Shown in pieces: positions 40,094-49,517 of a stretch of DNA of 64,000 nt (position 1 is its first letter; each line of letters begins with the position of its first letter). Below the pieces are notes generated by a model that saw nothing but the letters and a program-made list of their open reading frames with translations, was not told the origin of the DNA and did no database searches. Made by a program: the position numbers and the translations under genes. Source of the DNA: a virus. The stretch spans positions 9,929-73,928 of IMG/VR virus record IMGVR_UViG_3300026518_000011. The stretch is one strand, 5' to 3'.

Positions 40094-41365
40094 TCAAGCC
40101 GATGAGTGACTATCCACATATGCACGGACGGTAGGAGTGGGGGTTTTGATCTCACCAATGGCTTCCCCATTTTGGGAAACTGCTGCTAATTGAACCTGCT
40201 CCGATGGGTTATCTATAAATTTAATGGCTTCCCCATTTTGGGAAACTGCTGCTAATTTAACCTTTTCGGATGGGGTCTTAATATATTTAATAGCATTTCC
40301 ATTTTGGGAAACTGCGGCTAATTGAACCTTTTCGGATGGGGTCTTAATATCGTAAATAGCATATCCATATTGGGAAACTGCGGCTAATTGAACCTTTTCG
40401 GATGGATTTCTGATATAGGCAAGGGGCGCTCCATTTTGGGAAACGGCGGCTAATTGAACCTGCTCTGATGGATTATCAATAAACTGGATGACATACCCAT
40501 TTTGGGAAACTGCTGCTAATTTAACCTTTTCGGATGGGGTCTTAATATATTTAATGGCTTCCCCATTTTGGGAAACTGCGGCTAAATAGAATGCCTCAGA
40601 TGGATTTGGTATAAATTGAATTAGCTCAATAAACCCACCCATAATCCATTTCTCAAAAGGTAATTTAGTGGATGTCCACTTCGCGGCTTCAAATTCTTGA
40701 TAATCATCCTGAGTGATTTTTTCATCTTGATCATTCAGAAATTGTGAAGATTCAACATGCAGTTGTAATTTCGTCCCATTATGAATAATAACGTATAATG
40801 GGCCTGTTTTAGAATAATGATCAAAATAATTTTCACTATCAGTAGCAGCCGTGCACCATCTGGTCCCCCTACCCCAAAAAATTGATGCTTCCTCAGTTTC
40901 AGGAATCACAATCATCCCGTCTTGTCCCTGATAGACCATTTTAGATTGATTTAATATCTCTTGTTTATATGCTCGTTGTTGAGCTTTGCCACTTATTGGT
41001 TCATCGGCATCTTTAAATTCATCTACAAGTTGCTCTAATTGTGATAACGATTTGATCTGTCCAAGATCTTTGATCGATAATTTAGATTTGAATTTATTGA
41101 ATAGATTCAATGCCATTTGTAATCTACTGAAGTCTTCGTATCGACGAATTCCACCTTTTAGATATGTTCTGATGATCCATAAAGTGTATGACTGATTACG
41201 AGATGGATCAACATTAATAGCGTGATTTATGAACCCCTTAATAGTGGTTTCATCAGGATCATTTTGAAACGATGGGTCATCAGATAGGCGATCATGCAGG
41301 CGGTTTCCCAATTGTAGATACGTTTTATCTACATCTACTGCTTCTATCAAATCTAATAATCTCAT
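40094..41365 (-). CDS. N-terminal WC-motif (PcfJ-like?) domain plus seven 22-aa helical repeats (DUF4116-like)
   Basis: MRLLDLIEA N-terminus; YTLWI, EEAS..WGRGTRWCTAA..NYFDHY..GPLY; repeats PSEKVQLAAVSQNG.AI.YI.(T/N). Confidence 0.7.
   Translation of the reverse strand: MRLLDLIEAVDVDKTYLQLGNRLHDRLSDDPSFQNDPDETTIKGFINHAINVDPSRNQSYTLWIIRTYLKGGIRRYEDFSRLQMALNLFNKFKSKLSIKDLGQIKSLSQLEQLVDEFKDADEPISGKAQQRAYKQEILNQSKMVYQGQDGMIVIPETEEASIFWGRGTRWCTAATDSENYFDHYSKTGPLYVIIHNGTKLQLHVESSQFLNDQDEKITQDDYQEFEAAKWTSTKLPFEKWIMGGFIELIQFIPNPSEAFYLAAVSQNGEAIKYIKTPSEKVKLAAVSQNGYVIQFIDNPSEQVQLAAVSQNGAPLAYIRNPSEKVQLAAVSQYGYAIYDIKTPSEKVQLAAVSQNGNAIKYIKTPSEKVKLAAVSQNGEAIKFIDNPSEQVQLAAVSQNGEAIGEIKTPTPTVRAYVDSHSSA
40142..40603 (-). 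repeat. 7 x 66-bp coding tandem repeat
   Basis: ttgggaaac(t/g)gc(t/g)gctaa recurs every 66 bp. Confidence 0.9.
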
Positions 41366-42082
41366 CTACTCTTCCCTATTGACCATACCCTGAGGGGAAT
41401 GAACGCTTTGGGGGCGGATGGACCCTGCCCCTCGCTTCATAATATTCCCACCAATGCTCTGAAATCCGTAACGCCCTAATAGATATACGATTTCTTCGGT
41501 CATATCAACTATCTGTATTGACAAATTTGCGGAGTTGTGGTCTGCTTCTGCTACTATCTGACTCAACATCGCTGATAATATCTGTCCACGATAGTTTTGA
41601 TCAGCATCAGTATCGTACTCTAGGTTGTTAATAACCCCATCGATGACTTTAGCAAATCCAATGGAGTTATCACGGTCATCTACTATCTCATATTCGTTAG
41701 ATAGGGTGCCAGCAAATGGTCTGCGGATGGTCTCCACCACTTTACGAGGATTTATCCTAGGTGGCTTCCCACGGGCACTGAGAGCCTTCACAGAGGCGAT
41801 CACCTGCTTCTTGGGGGGCCTACGGGACAATTTGATTTCTCGGTCCTCTACAGGACCATTCTGGAGGGGCATATCATCCTCTGGGCCGAAGTGATCCAAT
41901 GGTGCGAATGATGCAGACTCCTCAACATCAGCCTCTTTAGCCAATACTTTTTTATCCCGTCTAGCACCAATTCCTTGTGGTTCATCATAGGACTCCCACC
42001 CACCAACATACTTTTTAGGATCATCTGTGCCAGATGATTTCATTGTGGTGGGTGCAGCCGATTTTAGTTCATGCAGTTTCAT
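41366..42082 (-). CDS. late protein with MKLHEL tag and C-terminal GNAT-like domain
   Basis: YEIVD...IGFAKV...INNL...YRGQ.LS.ML...EAD...L...YGF follows the GNAT pattern; ATG at 42082 lies 5 nt after TAAATA. Confidence 0.55.
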   Translation of the reverse strand: MKLHELKSAAPTTMKSSGTDDPKKYVGGWESYDEPQGIGARRDKKVLAKEADVEESASFAPLDHFGPEDDMPLQNGPVEDREIKLSRRPPKKQVIASVKALSARGKPPRINPRKVVETIRRPFAGTLSNEYEIVDDRDNSIGFAKVIDGVINNLEYDTDADQNYRGQILSAMLSQIVAEADHNSANLSIQIVDMTEEIVYLLGRYGFQSIGGNIMKRGAGSIRPQSVHSPQGMVNREE

Positions 42083-42098
42083 GCTAATATTTAGCACA

Positions 42099-42272
42099 TT
42101 ACTTCACTGTGATTACACTCTCCAAGTCAGTAATGGCAGACGCAATCCACTTTCGTTGATCAACCTTCTGTGGATCACTACCACCTTTTGACTCGATTTC
42201 TTTAATCAGGTCATCCAACAGTTTCCAGTCGGCCTTGTATTCGTCAATAAGTGATTGCACTGTAATGGACAT
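42099..42272 (-). CDS. small hypothetical protein (57 aa)
   Basis: Hand translation MSITVQSLIDEYKADW...VITVK; AGGAG RBS within the end of the topoisomerase gene. Confidence 0.5.
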   Translation of the reverse strand: MSITVQSLIDEYKADWKLLDDLIKEIESKGGSDPQKVDQRKWIASAITDLESVITVK

Positions 42273-42275
42273 AAA

Positions 42276-43625
42276 TTATATCTCCTTTAGATATACTGAT
42301 TTCAATCGTTTAGGACTCTTAACGATCTTGCTATATTTAGTCAATGCAGATAATGCAGTTTTTAATTTTTGCTCTGCACCAACCTTGCCCTCTTTGGTAA
42401 ACCTATACACTGGCAGATTAACAATCTTGTCAACAACACTCTTATCTAAGGATAATGATTTTGCCAATATTGACTGCTCTACTCTATGGGTTAAATCTTT
42501 ACGTGTTTCAATATCATTGATAGATTCGGCAACTGGTGGACTATCCCCCACTGGATCAAAGCATGATAGAAAACATCGTTCATAATCGACTACTACATTC
42601 TCCTGTTGAATCATCCATTCATATCGCTGCACATACAAGGACAGTCGCCAATTAACAAAATCCGTAATCAAATCTTGTGCACTGTGATATTTGATCACAT
42701 GATCACCAGATGGACCCAATACTGTCAGATTTTCCGTTTCGCTAGTTATGATTTTGAACAGCACCAATAGCTTATCCCGTGTCATCCCCTCTAAATCCTT
42801 ACGAGCGAATTTAACCATAATGTCAATACCGTCCGTACTATTATCAACAAACGATTTTATACCACCAGTTTGCTCCAATTCAATTAATCTGGCTACCACT
42901 GTAGACAATGACATACTTGGGGGAATTTCGGTGATCCTAACAGTAGTAGTGTTGACGATGTCTACAATACCACGGATATAGTAACGATTAGGCTTGGAAT
43001 GATCGGGTATGATTTCGCAACCGTTCATGGTATAATACGGCAATACCCTTGATGTAACCTCTCCGTCGGTCAATACCTCGGATACTGCGGTTCTCAAGTC
43101 ATCGATATTCCGTGGCAAGATATTGGTGGCAAACCCAACTGCAATACCTCGGATGCCGTTCAATAGCACCAATGGCAATCTAGGCAGGAAGTTACGAGGC
43201 ATTTGTTTTGATCCATCATAGTTATCACACATTGGACAGATATCGATATCAATATATAATTCCTGCTCTGCGAGTTTCGATCTTCGAATTTCCGTATAAC
43301 GGGGTGCACCAATACCATCCACCGGAGACGTCCGTGTACCAAACGCTCCCTCACCCTGTAATAGTGGATAATTGTTCAGATATGGTGCGGCCAATCGAGA
43401 TAATGCGTCCCCCGCCGATGCGTCACCGTGTACATATAGCCCCGAACTCATCATATGTCCCACTACCCCAGCGGTTTTAACCGGCTTGACCTGATCCTTC
43501 ATCAACCATAGGGCTATCCGTTGTGACTGCTTTAGGCCATCGGTGATGGAGGGTATTGCTCTACTCTCCATCACATATGTTGAATATTCGTGTGATATGT
43601 TTAGGATATATTCACTTGTGGTCAT
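42276..43625 (-). CDS. DNA topoisomerase II, GyrA/ParC-like subunit (T4 gp52-like)
   Basis: RAIPSITDGLKQSQR, YVHGDAS, GAFG, GAPRY (catalytic Tyr), LLNG..GIAVGFATNI. Confidence 0.93.
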   Translation of the reverse strand: MTTSEYILNISHEYSTYVMESRAIPSITDGLKQSQRIALWLMKDQVKPVKTAGVVGHMMSSGLYVHGDASAGDALSRLAAPYLNNYPLLQGEGAFGTRTSPVDGIGAPRYTEIRRSKLAEQELYIDIDICPMCDNYDGSKQMPRNFLPRLPLVLLNGIRGIAVGFATNILPRNIDDLRTAVSEVLTDGEVTSRVLPYYTMNGCEIIPDHSKPNRYYIRGIVDIVNTTTVRITEIPPSMSLSTVVARLIELEQTGGIKSFVDNSTDGIDIMVKFARKDLEGMTRDKLLVLFKIITSETENLTVLGPSGDHVIKYHSAQDLITDFVNWRLSLYVQRYEWMIQQENVVVDYERCFLSCFDPVGDSPPVAESINDIETRKDLTHRVEQSILAKSLSLDKSVVDKIVNLPVYRFTKEGKVGAEQKLKTALSALTKYSKIVKSPKRLKSVYLKEI

Positions 43626-44254
43626 GCGTCAGCCAATGATGCTAGGATTTCATCTTCCACATCAGGGAAATGTTTACCAACGAATTGGATAACCTCCATG
43701 ACCGAAAATGCCGCACCATCACCACGATACGCCCCCACCGGACTATCTGAATATCCCGGAAATAAAGGGATATAGCCGTTTTTCCCAATCTTAGCACCGC
43801 TTGGTGTTGGAAAGAATACTCGCCGGATCGTAGTCTCGCCCATTACTTCGGATTCTGCCTGCTCTAGTGCACACCGGGTATATAACACCACAGCCCGTTG
43901 TTTAACCTCTAAGAGTGCTTCTGGGTCTTCAACACCCCGCTTTACCCCATACTTGGCTTTGCGTTCCCGTAGGGGCTGTATGGACTGCAACCAGTCCAGC
44001 AGAGTCATATCCCCGAGTTGGGTATAATCGAGGTTAATTCCCGAGGGCAGTTCCCCATGATTGTTATAAGCGGCCAGTTGGATTTCAAATGGGATGTCCG
44101 GCCCGCCCAGGTAGGCTTTGCTCAATCGGATATACTCATCCATGTCTGATTGGGACAGTGCGGCTTTATGGTCAACCGTGGACATACCCACATCAGCAGT
44201 GGGTGGAGTATCGGTGTCAGGGTATGTGATAACAGGGGATGCGGTAGTAGCCAT
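43622..44254 (-). CDS. hypothetical protein between the topoisomerase subunits
   Basis: AGGA RBS; ATGA overlap with the gp52-like gene. Confidence 0.55.
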   Translation of the reverse strand: MATTASPVITYPDTDTPPTADVGMSTVDHKAALSQSDMDEYIRLSKAYLGGPDIPFEIQLAAYNNHGELPSGINLDYTQLGDMTLLDWLQSIQPLRERKAKYGVKRGVEDPEALLEVKQRAVVLYTRCALEQAESEVMGETTIRRVFFPTPSGAKIGKNGYIPLFPGYSDSPVGAYRGDGAAFSVMEVIQFVGKHFPDVEDEILASLADA

Positions 44255-44287
44255 ATTATTGGTCCTATAGGGTTGAATTATTTATGA

Positions 44288-46189
44288 TTATGATAGCCAC
44301 TTTTGCCTATCTTTTGATCGAGTTGGATTAAAAATCAAATCTATGGACTCCGATAATTTACCATCATCCAGTAGTGGAACCAACTTCGGAGCAACCAACA
44401 GGGTTTTCCAATCTGCCTGTGTCAATCTGGCCAAGCCCTTAGCACGAATGATTTGCCAACCTTTCCAGTCAGATGGGTCAAAATTCGCGTAATCCGAATC
44501 ATATACATATTGTCGGTCTTTACCTTTAACTAATATCACCAATGGGGTATCGAAATCGAAAATGAACGGATTGTTGCTATCCATAAAGAGTTCGGGCCAA
44601 TGGGTATGAAAGAATGCAACCAACTGGGATGTGATATTTTTACCATCATGATCAGCATCAGTAGTTATATAAATCTTCCCATACCTAAGATGCATCCGAT
44701 TTGCGGGTTCCCCGAGTTTCAAACCAATCGCAGTCATAATATTGGTTAATGACTCGCTGGCCAGAATGGCTTTTGGGGTAGCCCCGTGGGTGTTCATGAC
44801 TTTCCCACGTAATGGAAGCCCACCATGAATCGTGGCATCCCTTGCGGATACGATGCCCGACAACGCCGACTCTCCCTCAGTGATATACAGGATACACTTC
44901 TGCCGATTTTTTCCCGTAGCGTCTCTAAGAGTTGGAATCTTGGTTTTTGATAATTTCTTTTGGTCCTGTTTCAGTTGCCTACTATTCGTTGCCTGTGTCC
45001 GGCGACTGCAACGATCTATTACGTCAGCCACCCATTTAGGATTCTTTCTAATAAACCCCTTCACATCGGATTCAAAAAAACCGGATTTGATTTCAGATTT
45101 AATCTCCGACACCAATCGGGTCTTAGACTGAGAATCGAAATGTGGATCATCCATCACGGTGATATTATACAGCAATACCCCATGAGTGACATCTTTACGT
45201 GTCAATATTGGAGGACCATTAGGTTTGATCTTCAATGCTGCCTTTGCCGTTGTGTCCAAATGCTTAATCAATCCGGTGTAAAACAGATTACGAAATTCGT
45301 CTACATGGGGACCGCCTAGGAATGTTGGAATATTGTTGACCAAACTATGAATGTGCTCGTCATCTACCACTCCAGTAACTGCATAAAATTTGGCATGGAC
45401 CCGATCAGTCTGAGTCTCTAACATTACCGGAATGTGACCAACTGTATTAGGTGGGAACATGGTTGATATCACTGGGTCACGACCTTCATTTAATCGCAAC
45501 TTGCTGCCGTTGAACCACACAGAAACATCGGGATTGGCTATAGCAATGTCCCACACCCGTGACTCAATGAACTCCAACGGAAGTTCCATAATAGGCCATA
45601 CCTTTCGGGATGGCACGAATACCACTTGGGTCCCGGTGAATCCATCAGTGCACGGTTCAGTAATAGGACCATTAGTTTTATGGATATCAACCTTTCGATA
45701 AACCCCTTCGGTCCACGATTGACTAAAATGGGTGTTATCCCGCCATATCTGTAGATCAAACCGCTCAGACGCAAAATTGACAATGGCTGCACCTAACCCA
45801 TTAACCCCTGCAACCGTTCCACGTTCATCAAAATTCCGACCACTTCTGGGATTACTCATCATATATGATGCAGCAGGCCCCTTACCGACTGATGGAATCT
45901 CGTGGATAGGTATCCCACGACCATTATCTTTAACCTCAACCCGTAATGTATCAGGGTCGTATGAAATCCAAATCGTATCGCCATGACCGTGCGCAGAAAT
46001 TTCATCCATTGAATTATCAATGATCTCTCTCACTGCGGTGTATAGGCTCGGGACCCATGTGAGTTCTTTAATCTCAACAACGGACCCATTAAAACACATC
46101 ACATTTTGTGTATGTGGCTCACGTGATCCCAAATACATCTCCAGTCGAAGTCTAGCGTGATTATAGTCCGACAAAGTGCGTTCAGTCAT
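44288..46189 (-). CDS. DNA topoisomerase II, GyrB/ParE-like subunit (T4 gp39+gp60 unsplit)
   Basis: EIIDNSMDE, DNGRGIP, SGRNFD, GVNGLG, TEGESA, PLRGK, TDADHDG, KGLA. Confidence 0.93.
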   Translation of the reverse strand: MTERTLSDYNHARLRLEMYLGSREPHTQNVMCFNGSVVEIKELTWVPSLYTAVREIIDNSMDEISAHGHGDTIWISYDPDTLRVEVKDNGRGIPIHEIPSVGKGPAASYMMSNPRSGRNFDERGTVAGVNGLGAAIVNFASERFDLQIWRDNTHFSQSWTEGVYRKVDIHKTNGPITEPCTDGFTGTQVVFVPSRKVWPIMELPLEFIESRVWDIAIANPDVSVWFNGSKLRLNEGRDPVISTMFPPNTVGHIPVMLETQTDRVHAKFYAVTGVVDDEHIHSLVNNIPTFLGGPHVDEFRNLFYTGLIKHLDTTAKAALKIKPNGPPILTRKDVTHGVLLYNITVMDDPHFDSQSKTRLVSEIKSEIKSGFFESDVKGFIRKNPKWVADVIDRCSRRTQATNSRQLKQDQKKLSKTKIPTLRDATGKNRQKCILYITEGESALSGIVSARDATIHGGLPLRGKVMNTHGATPKAILASESLTNIMTAIGLKLGEPANRMHLRYGKIYITTDADHDGKNITSQLVAFFHTHWPELFMDSNNPFIFDFDTPLVILVKGKDRQYVYDSDYANFDPSDWKGWQIIRAKGLARLTQADWKTLLVAPKLVPLLDDGKLSESIDLIFNPTRSKDRQKWLS

Positions 46190-46203
46190 TCGTAACCCCC
46201 ATA

Positions 46204-47247
46204 TCAGGCATAACTGCGTGATAGCATATTAGTAAATCGATCAGCCTGTTTGATTAGTTTCATCAACCGATATTTGCTACAGAATTTAGCAAAATGTGCC
46301 CCCACCATTCTGGCCCGCTTTTTCTCTATAGCGGTCATGATGGCCTCGTCCATAATGTCAATCACATATTGCGGTTGGTCGGTTAGATCAATCAGATGCT
46401 TATTAAACTCATACTGATCCCTAACTGAGTGTTTCTCCCCATCTTTGCCCCAAGTAGAATTGATGAAATTATTATACTCCTCCACCGATCCTTCGAATGC
46501 TTTGCGCATTTTAGTTGTGTAGACCCGTGGGTATGCTGATCGAATGTTATCACTGGTATCCCCACGGATACATTTCTCAAACAATTCCCATTTGGGATCA
46601 AATGTCATAATGACATCATTTTTATCCAACTTAGGGTACCATGGTTGGTCATGAATGACCACCTCATCAACCCCCTTAATGGATCGCTTATCTTGGTGGA
46701 ATACCCCATCAATAGTGTATAAGATATGAGCCATGGGGTTGTATAAATCCACCCCATCACGGACCAGTTGCTTAAAATCCCCATCCGCAGAAATAATTAC
46801 ATGGCTATCATCGTCATGTAGCTGAACCCAGCGGGCAATAAAATCATCTGCCTCCACCTGATCGGCATTCAACACTGTCACGTTAGTGTATCCGTATAAA
46901 AACTCCTGCAACCGATCAATAAGATCAATAACCAATTCGTGATCATGCTCTTCTGCAGGAGTTTTTACTTCACTACGGCGATGGCCTTTATATTCAGGAT
47001 ATATTGCTCGTCTCCATGATTTGGCATCAAACATAATAACGCAATGATCGGATTGGAATTTCGTGAAAGCGTTCAAAATCCCCTGCATCACATTGGTGAG
47101 TATCAACCCAATGCGATCAGCATCTGGATTAGCCACGGGGTTATCCCCAAATGGATCATGATAGGTAGAATTCATCTTCGTCGGACTAGCGACTGAATGT
47201 TTAGACCTATGGACCATATTGGATATATCAACTAAGCAATGTTTCAT
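46204..47247 (-). CDS. rnh: RNase H / 5'-3' flap exonuclease (T4 rnh-like)
   Basis: LVDISN, FD..SWRR..YPEYKG.R, EADD.IA, ISADGDF.QL, GDTSDNI. Confidence 0.88.
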   Translation of the reverse strand: MKHCLVDISNMVHRSKHSVASPTKMNSTYHDPFGDNPVANPDADRIGLILTNVMQGILNAFTKFQSDHCVIMFDAKSWRRAIYPEYKGHRRSEVKTPAEEHDHELVIDLIDRLQEFLYGYTNVTVLNADQVEADDFIARWVQLHDDDSHVIISADGDFKQLVRDGVDLYNPMAHILYTIDGVFHQDKRSIKGVDEVVIHDQPWYPKLDKNDVIMTFDPKWELFEKCIRGDTSDNIRSAYPRVYTTKMRKAFEGSVEEYNNFINSTWGKDGEKHSVRDQYEFNKHLIDLTDQPQYVIDIMDEAIMTAIEKKRARMVGAHFAKFCSKYRLMKLIKQADRFTNMLSRSYA

Positions 47248-47285
47248 TACCAATATGTAGTATACCAATTGTCAATAACAAGGCA

Positions 47286-47846
47286 TCATGACCGCTTATG
47301 TTTGAATTTTTGTCCAGGTTTCACTTTGGATTGCGGCTGCTTCCTCACCTTAGGCTTCCCACCTTTAGTGGCAGGATTGGATTTCACTGCCGCCTTCTTA
47401 TATTTCATGACCTCATTTACAAACGATTGCATTTCATATGCAGCAATAATTGTAGGGTCACTAGGGTTAGTCCTACGAGCCAATGTCTGTTGATCGATCT
47501 TAATTTGAATTTGATTAGCTAAGTTAGATAGGGCCTGCATATCCATATCCATGATCACTGCCGGATTGGTAATTGCAGACGGATTGTCATGCACATAGTT
47601 CTGGATATAGTTGTGCCCCTGCAACCTGCTCATCAGATCGCTGTCTACGGGCTTGTCAGGACCACCAGTGGCATCCGGTCCCCCCATGCCCATATCAGCA
47701 TCAGGGACATTCTCAGGCCCCTCAGATGACCCACGTTGTGCTGCAATGTCATCAGGGTCAAGGCTCCCATCGTTTTTGATGTCCTTGGAGGTTTTTTCCA
47801 ATTCACGATCAATAGGATTTTGTGGGTTCAGTTCATATAGTTTCAT
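47286..47846 (-). CDS. late protein with MKLYEL tag and basic C-terminus
   Basis: ATG lies 5 nt after TAAATA (47852-47857). Confidence 0.6.
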   Translation of the reverse strand: MKLYELNPQNPIDRELEKTSKDIKNDGSLDPDDIAAQRGSSEGPENVPDADMGMGGPDATGGPDKPVDSDLMSRLQGHNYIQNYVHDNPSAITNPAVIMDMDMQALSNLANQIQIKIDQQTLARRTNPSDPTIIAAYEMQSFVNEVMKYKKAAVKSNPATKGGKPKVRKQPQSKVKPGQKFKHKRS

Positions 47847-47850
47847 ATTC

Positions 47851-47858
47851 GTATTTAG
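47851..47858 (-). promoter_or_regulatory. T4-like late promoter CTAAATAC (representative of about 23 copies)
   Basis: TAAATA starts at 349, 3963, 4014, 6703, 7595, 12456, 14892, 16089, 17676, 20672, 25671, 26541(+), 29343, 33738, 39142, 42088, 47852, 50633, 52042, 52842, 53155, 59050, 59072(+), 59597(+); each listed copy is upstream of and oriented with a gene. Confidence 0.75.
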
Positions 47859-48604
47859 CCAATCATTGTCAACATTGCTTCAAGAGAATCAAGTTTGGAC
47901 AAATCATCTGCGTAAAAATTGATGAGGATTTCTGCCCATTTCAATTTATACTCATACATCATAGCTTCATCCATTACCACGATATGTGATTGGGCGGGTT
48001 TGTTGTATTCTTTATTGGGGCGTATTGAGAAAAAGTTGACCCCTATATCACACTTAATGCCGTACTGGTTTTCTACGGCTAGTGAATATGCGGCCATTTG
48101 GAGCCGATAATTCTCTAATTGGTCAGGTGGTTTTATATATTTGGCGGTCTTGTAATCCATGATAGCAGGTTTTCCAGCATATACCCCAACAAGATCAGTC
48201 CGCCCGGCATATAGGTCCATGAAATGGAGAGGCATCTCAACCGCCCATACCTCTTGTAATTTCTGCCACCCGAACATTCGAATGACCTTTGCCATTGATT
48301 TACCAATAGCCTCTAGTTCCGATCCATCATAGGGAAAATCTCGTTTTAACAGATGCGCCTCTAGCATGTCATGCATATACGTGCCAATAGTGGTGGCTTC
48401 GAGACTTATCCTATCGGCCTCTTCCTCACCAACCCGTTCTCTCCATTCATCCAGTTCTGGGTGTGGGAGGGTTCCAAGAATCGTGGTTACGCTCATAGCC
48501 GGACCAGCAGGGGTATGATACACTCGCTGACCCGTTGTTGCATCGGTGTCTGCCTCGATTTCGTCCCATTTAATGGTATCGAGTTTTAATTTATATCTAG
48601 CCAT
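47855..48604 (-). CDS. PD-(D/E)XK exonuclease (Cas4/MGME1-like phage exonuclease)
   Basis: YHTP.G..SVTTIL, WRERVG, GT.MH, E, YAGRTDL, IMDYKT, QMAAY. Confidence 0.85.
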   Translation of the reverse strand: MARYKLKLDTIKWDEIEADTDATTGQRVYHTPAGPAMSVTTILGTLPHPELDEWRERVGEEEADRISLEATTIGTYMHDMLEAHLLKRDFPYDGSELEAIGKSMAKVIRMFGWQKLQEVWAVEMPLHFMDLYAGRTDLVGVYAGKPAIMDYKTAKYIKPPDQLENYRLQMAAYSLAVENQYGIKCDIGVNFFSIRPNKEYNKPAQSHIVVMDEAMMYEYKLKWAEILINFYADDLSKLDSLEAMLTMIG

Positions 48605-48634
48605 CCATCCTATATAAGTCGATGTTAGCCTTGA

Positions 48635-49009
48635 TCAACCACCAATCACTTCCAAATTTGGAAACTGTTCCCGCAAATCATTCCGATAACGACTATTGGC
48701 GTAATATTCACCATGCTGATCGCGCACAACCCAACGACCGGACATTGGCACCATGTATTCATATTTGCTGTCGATCTGCACCTCGCCTTCTTCACGACGG
48801 GCATGAAAGGTAATACCCGTCAGTTCGAACAGATTACGAATAACCTGTGAACAATTTTCACCATGCGCGTTGATGTCACCGTTGATCTCGGGATCAGTGC
48901 GACCACAGCCAGTGCAACATCGGTATGGATTGTCTCCACCCATTGGTCGTGTTTCATATCCAGTCCACAGTTTATCATGTGCGATTGTATGTGAGGGGAA
49001 GGTAGCCAT
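48635..49009 (-). CDS. small Cys/His (Zn-binding?) early protein
   Basis: CCTGC...H.ENC; own TTGACA-17-TATACC promoter at 49074-49046. Confidence 0.5.
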   Translation of the reverse strand: MATFPSHTIAHDKLWTGYETRPMGGDNPYRCCTGCGRTDPEINGDINAHGENCSQVIRNLFELTGITFHARREEGEVQIDSKYEYMVPMSGRWVVRDQHGEYYANSRYRNDLREQFPNLEVIGG

Positions 49010-49092
49010 GGTTGATATCTCACTATATTATGCTTCGTTAACTCCGGTATAGTGAAATACTGGTGGTTTGTCAAGAATTAAATTGTGGGTAG

Positions 49093-49138
49093 ATAAAACT
49101 AAAGCCCCAGCATTTTTCTACTGAGGCTTTAGTTTTAT
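49093..49138 (-). terminator. terminator of the late operon
   Basis: ataaaactaaagccccag...ctgaggctttagttttat, long inverted repeat. Confidence 0.7.
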
Positions 49139-49158
49139 ATCAACATATTACGGCGTGA

Positions 49159-49515
49159 TTACCACTGGAGTTTCCATTCAAAGAAGTTAGTCACACCCAC
49201 CCGCTTACGCGTAATACTATATCCGAGTTGGCTAAAATAACTAATTACTATATTCATCGCCTCCCGATACAATTTGTCTGCGGCAGTATCATTGTTAAAC
49301 GGGTCATTAAATGCATTAAAATATGCAGTAGACGTGGTCATGGGAGTAGATGAGATAAGCACCTCTAACCCTCCTCCAGACGCAGCGGTGTCAACCAATT
49401 GCTGTAGCTGATTGACCTCCAGCAGGATAGTGTTACCACCCGATGCTTGACCAAGTGCTATCTGTCTGGCTTTACTAGCCCCGTAGAACCCATCTTTCAT
49501 ATTAGTGAATTGCAC
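49159..49515 (-). CDS. hypothetical structural protein
   Basis: Late operon; C-terminal F..LGYSI.R....FEW...W. Confidence 0.55.
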   Translation of the reverse strand: MQFTNMKDGFYGASKARQIALGQASGGNTILLEVNQLQQLVDTAASGGGLEVLISSTPMTTSTAYFNAFNDPFNNDTAADKLYREAMNIVISYFSQLGYSITRKRVGVTNFFEWKLQW

Positions 49516-49517
49516 GA

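Noticed and set aside
40142-40603. Regular 66-bp repeats as a CRISPR array
   Set aside because: In-frame coding repeats with wobble variation, no unique spacers and no cas genes
47855-48604. Cas4 as part of a CRISPR system
   Set aside because: Stand-alone phage PD-(D/E)XK exonuclease; lacks the four-Cys Fe-S pattern and any array
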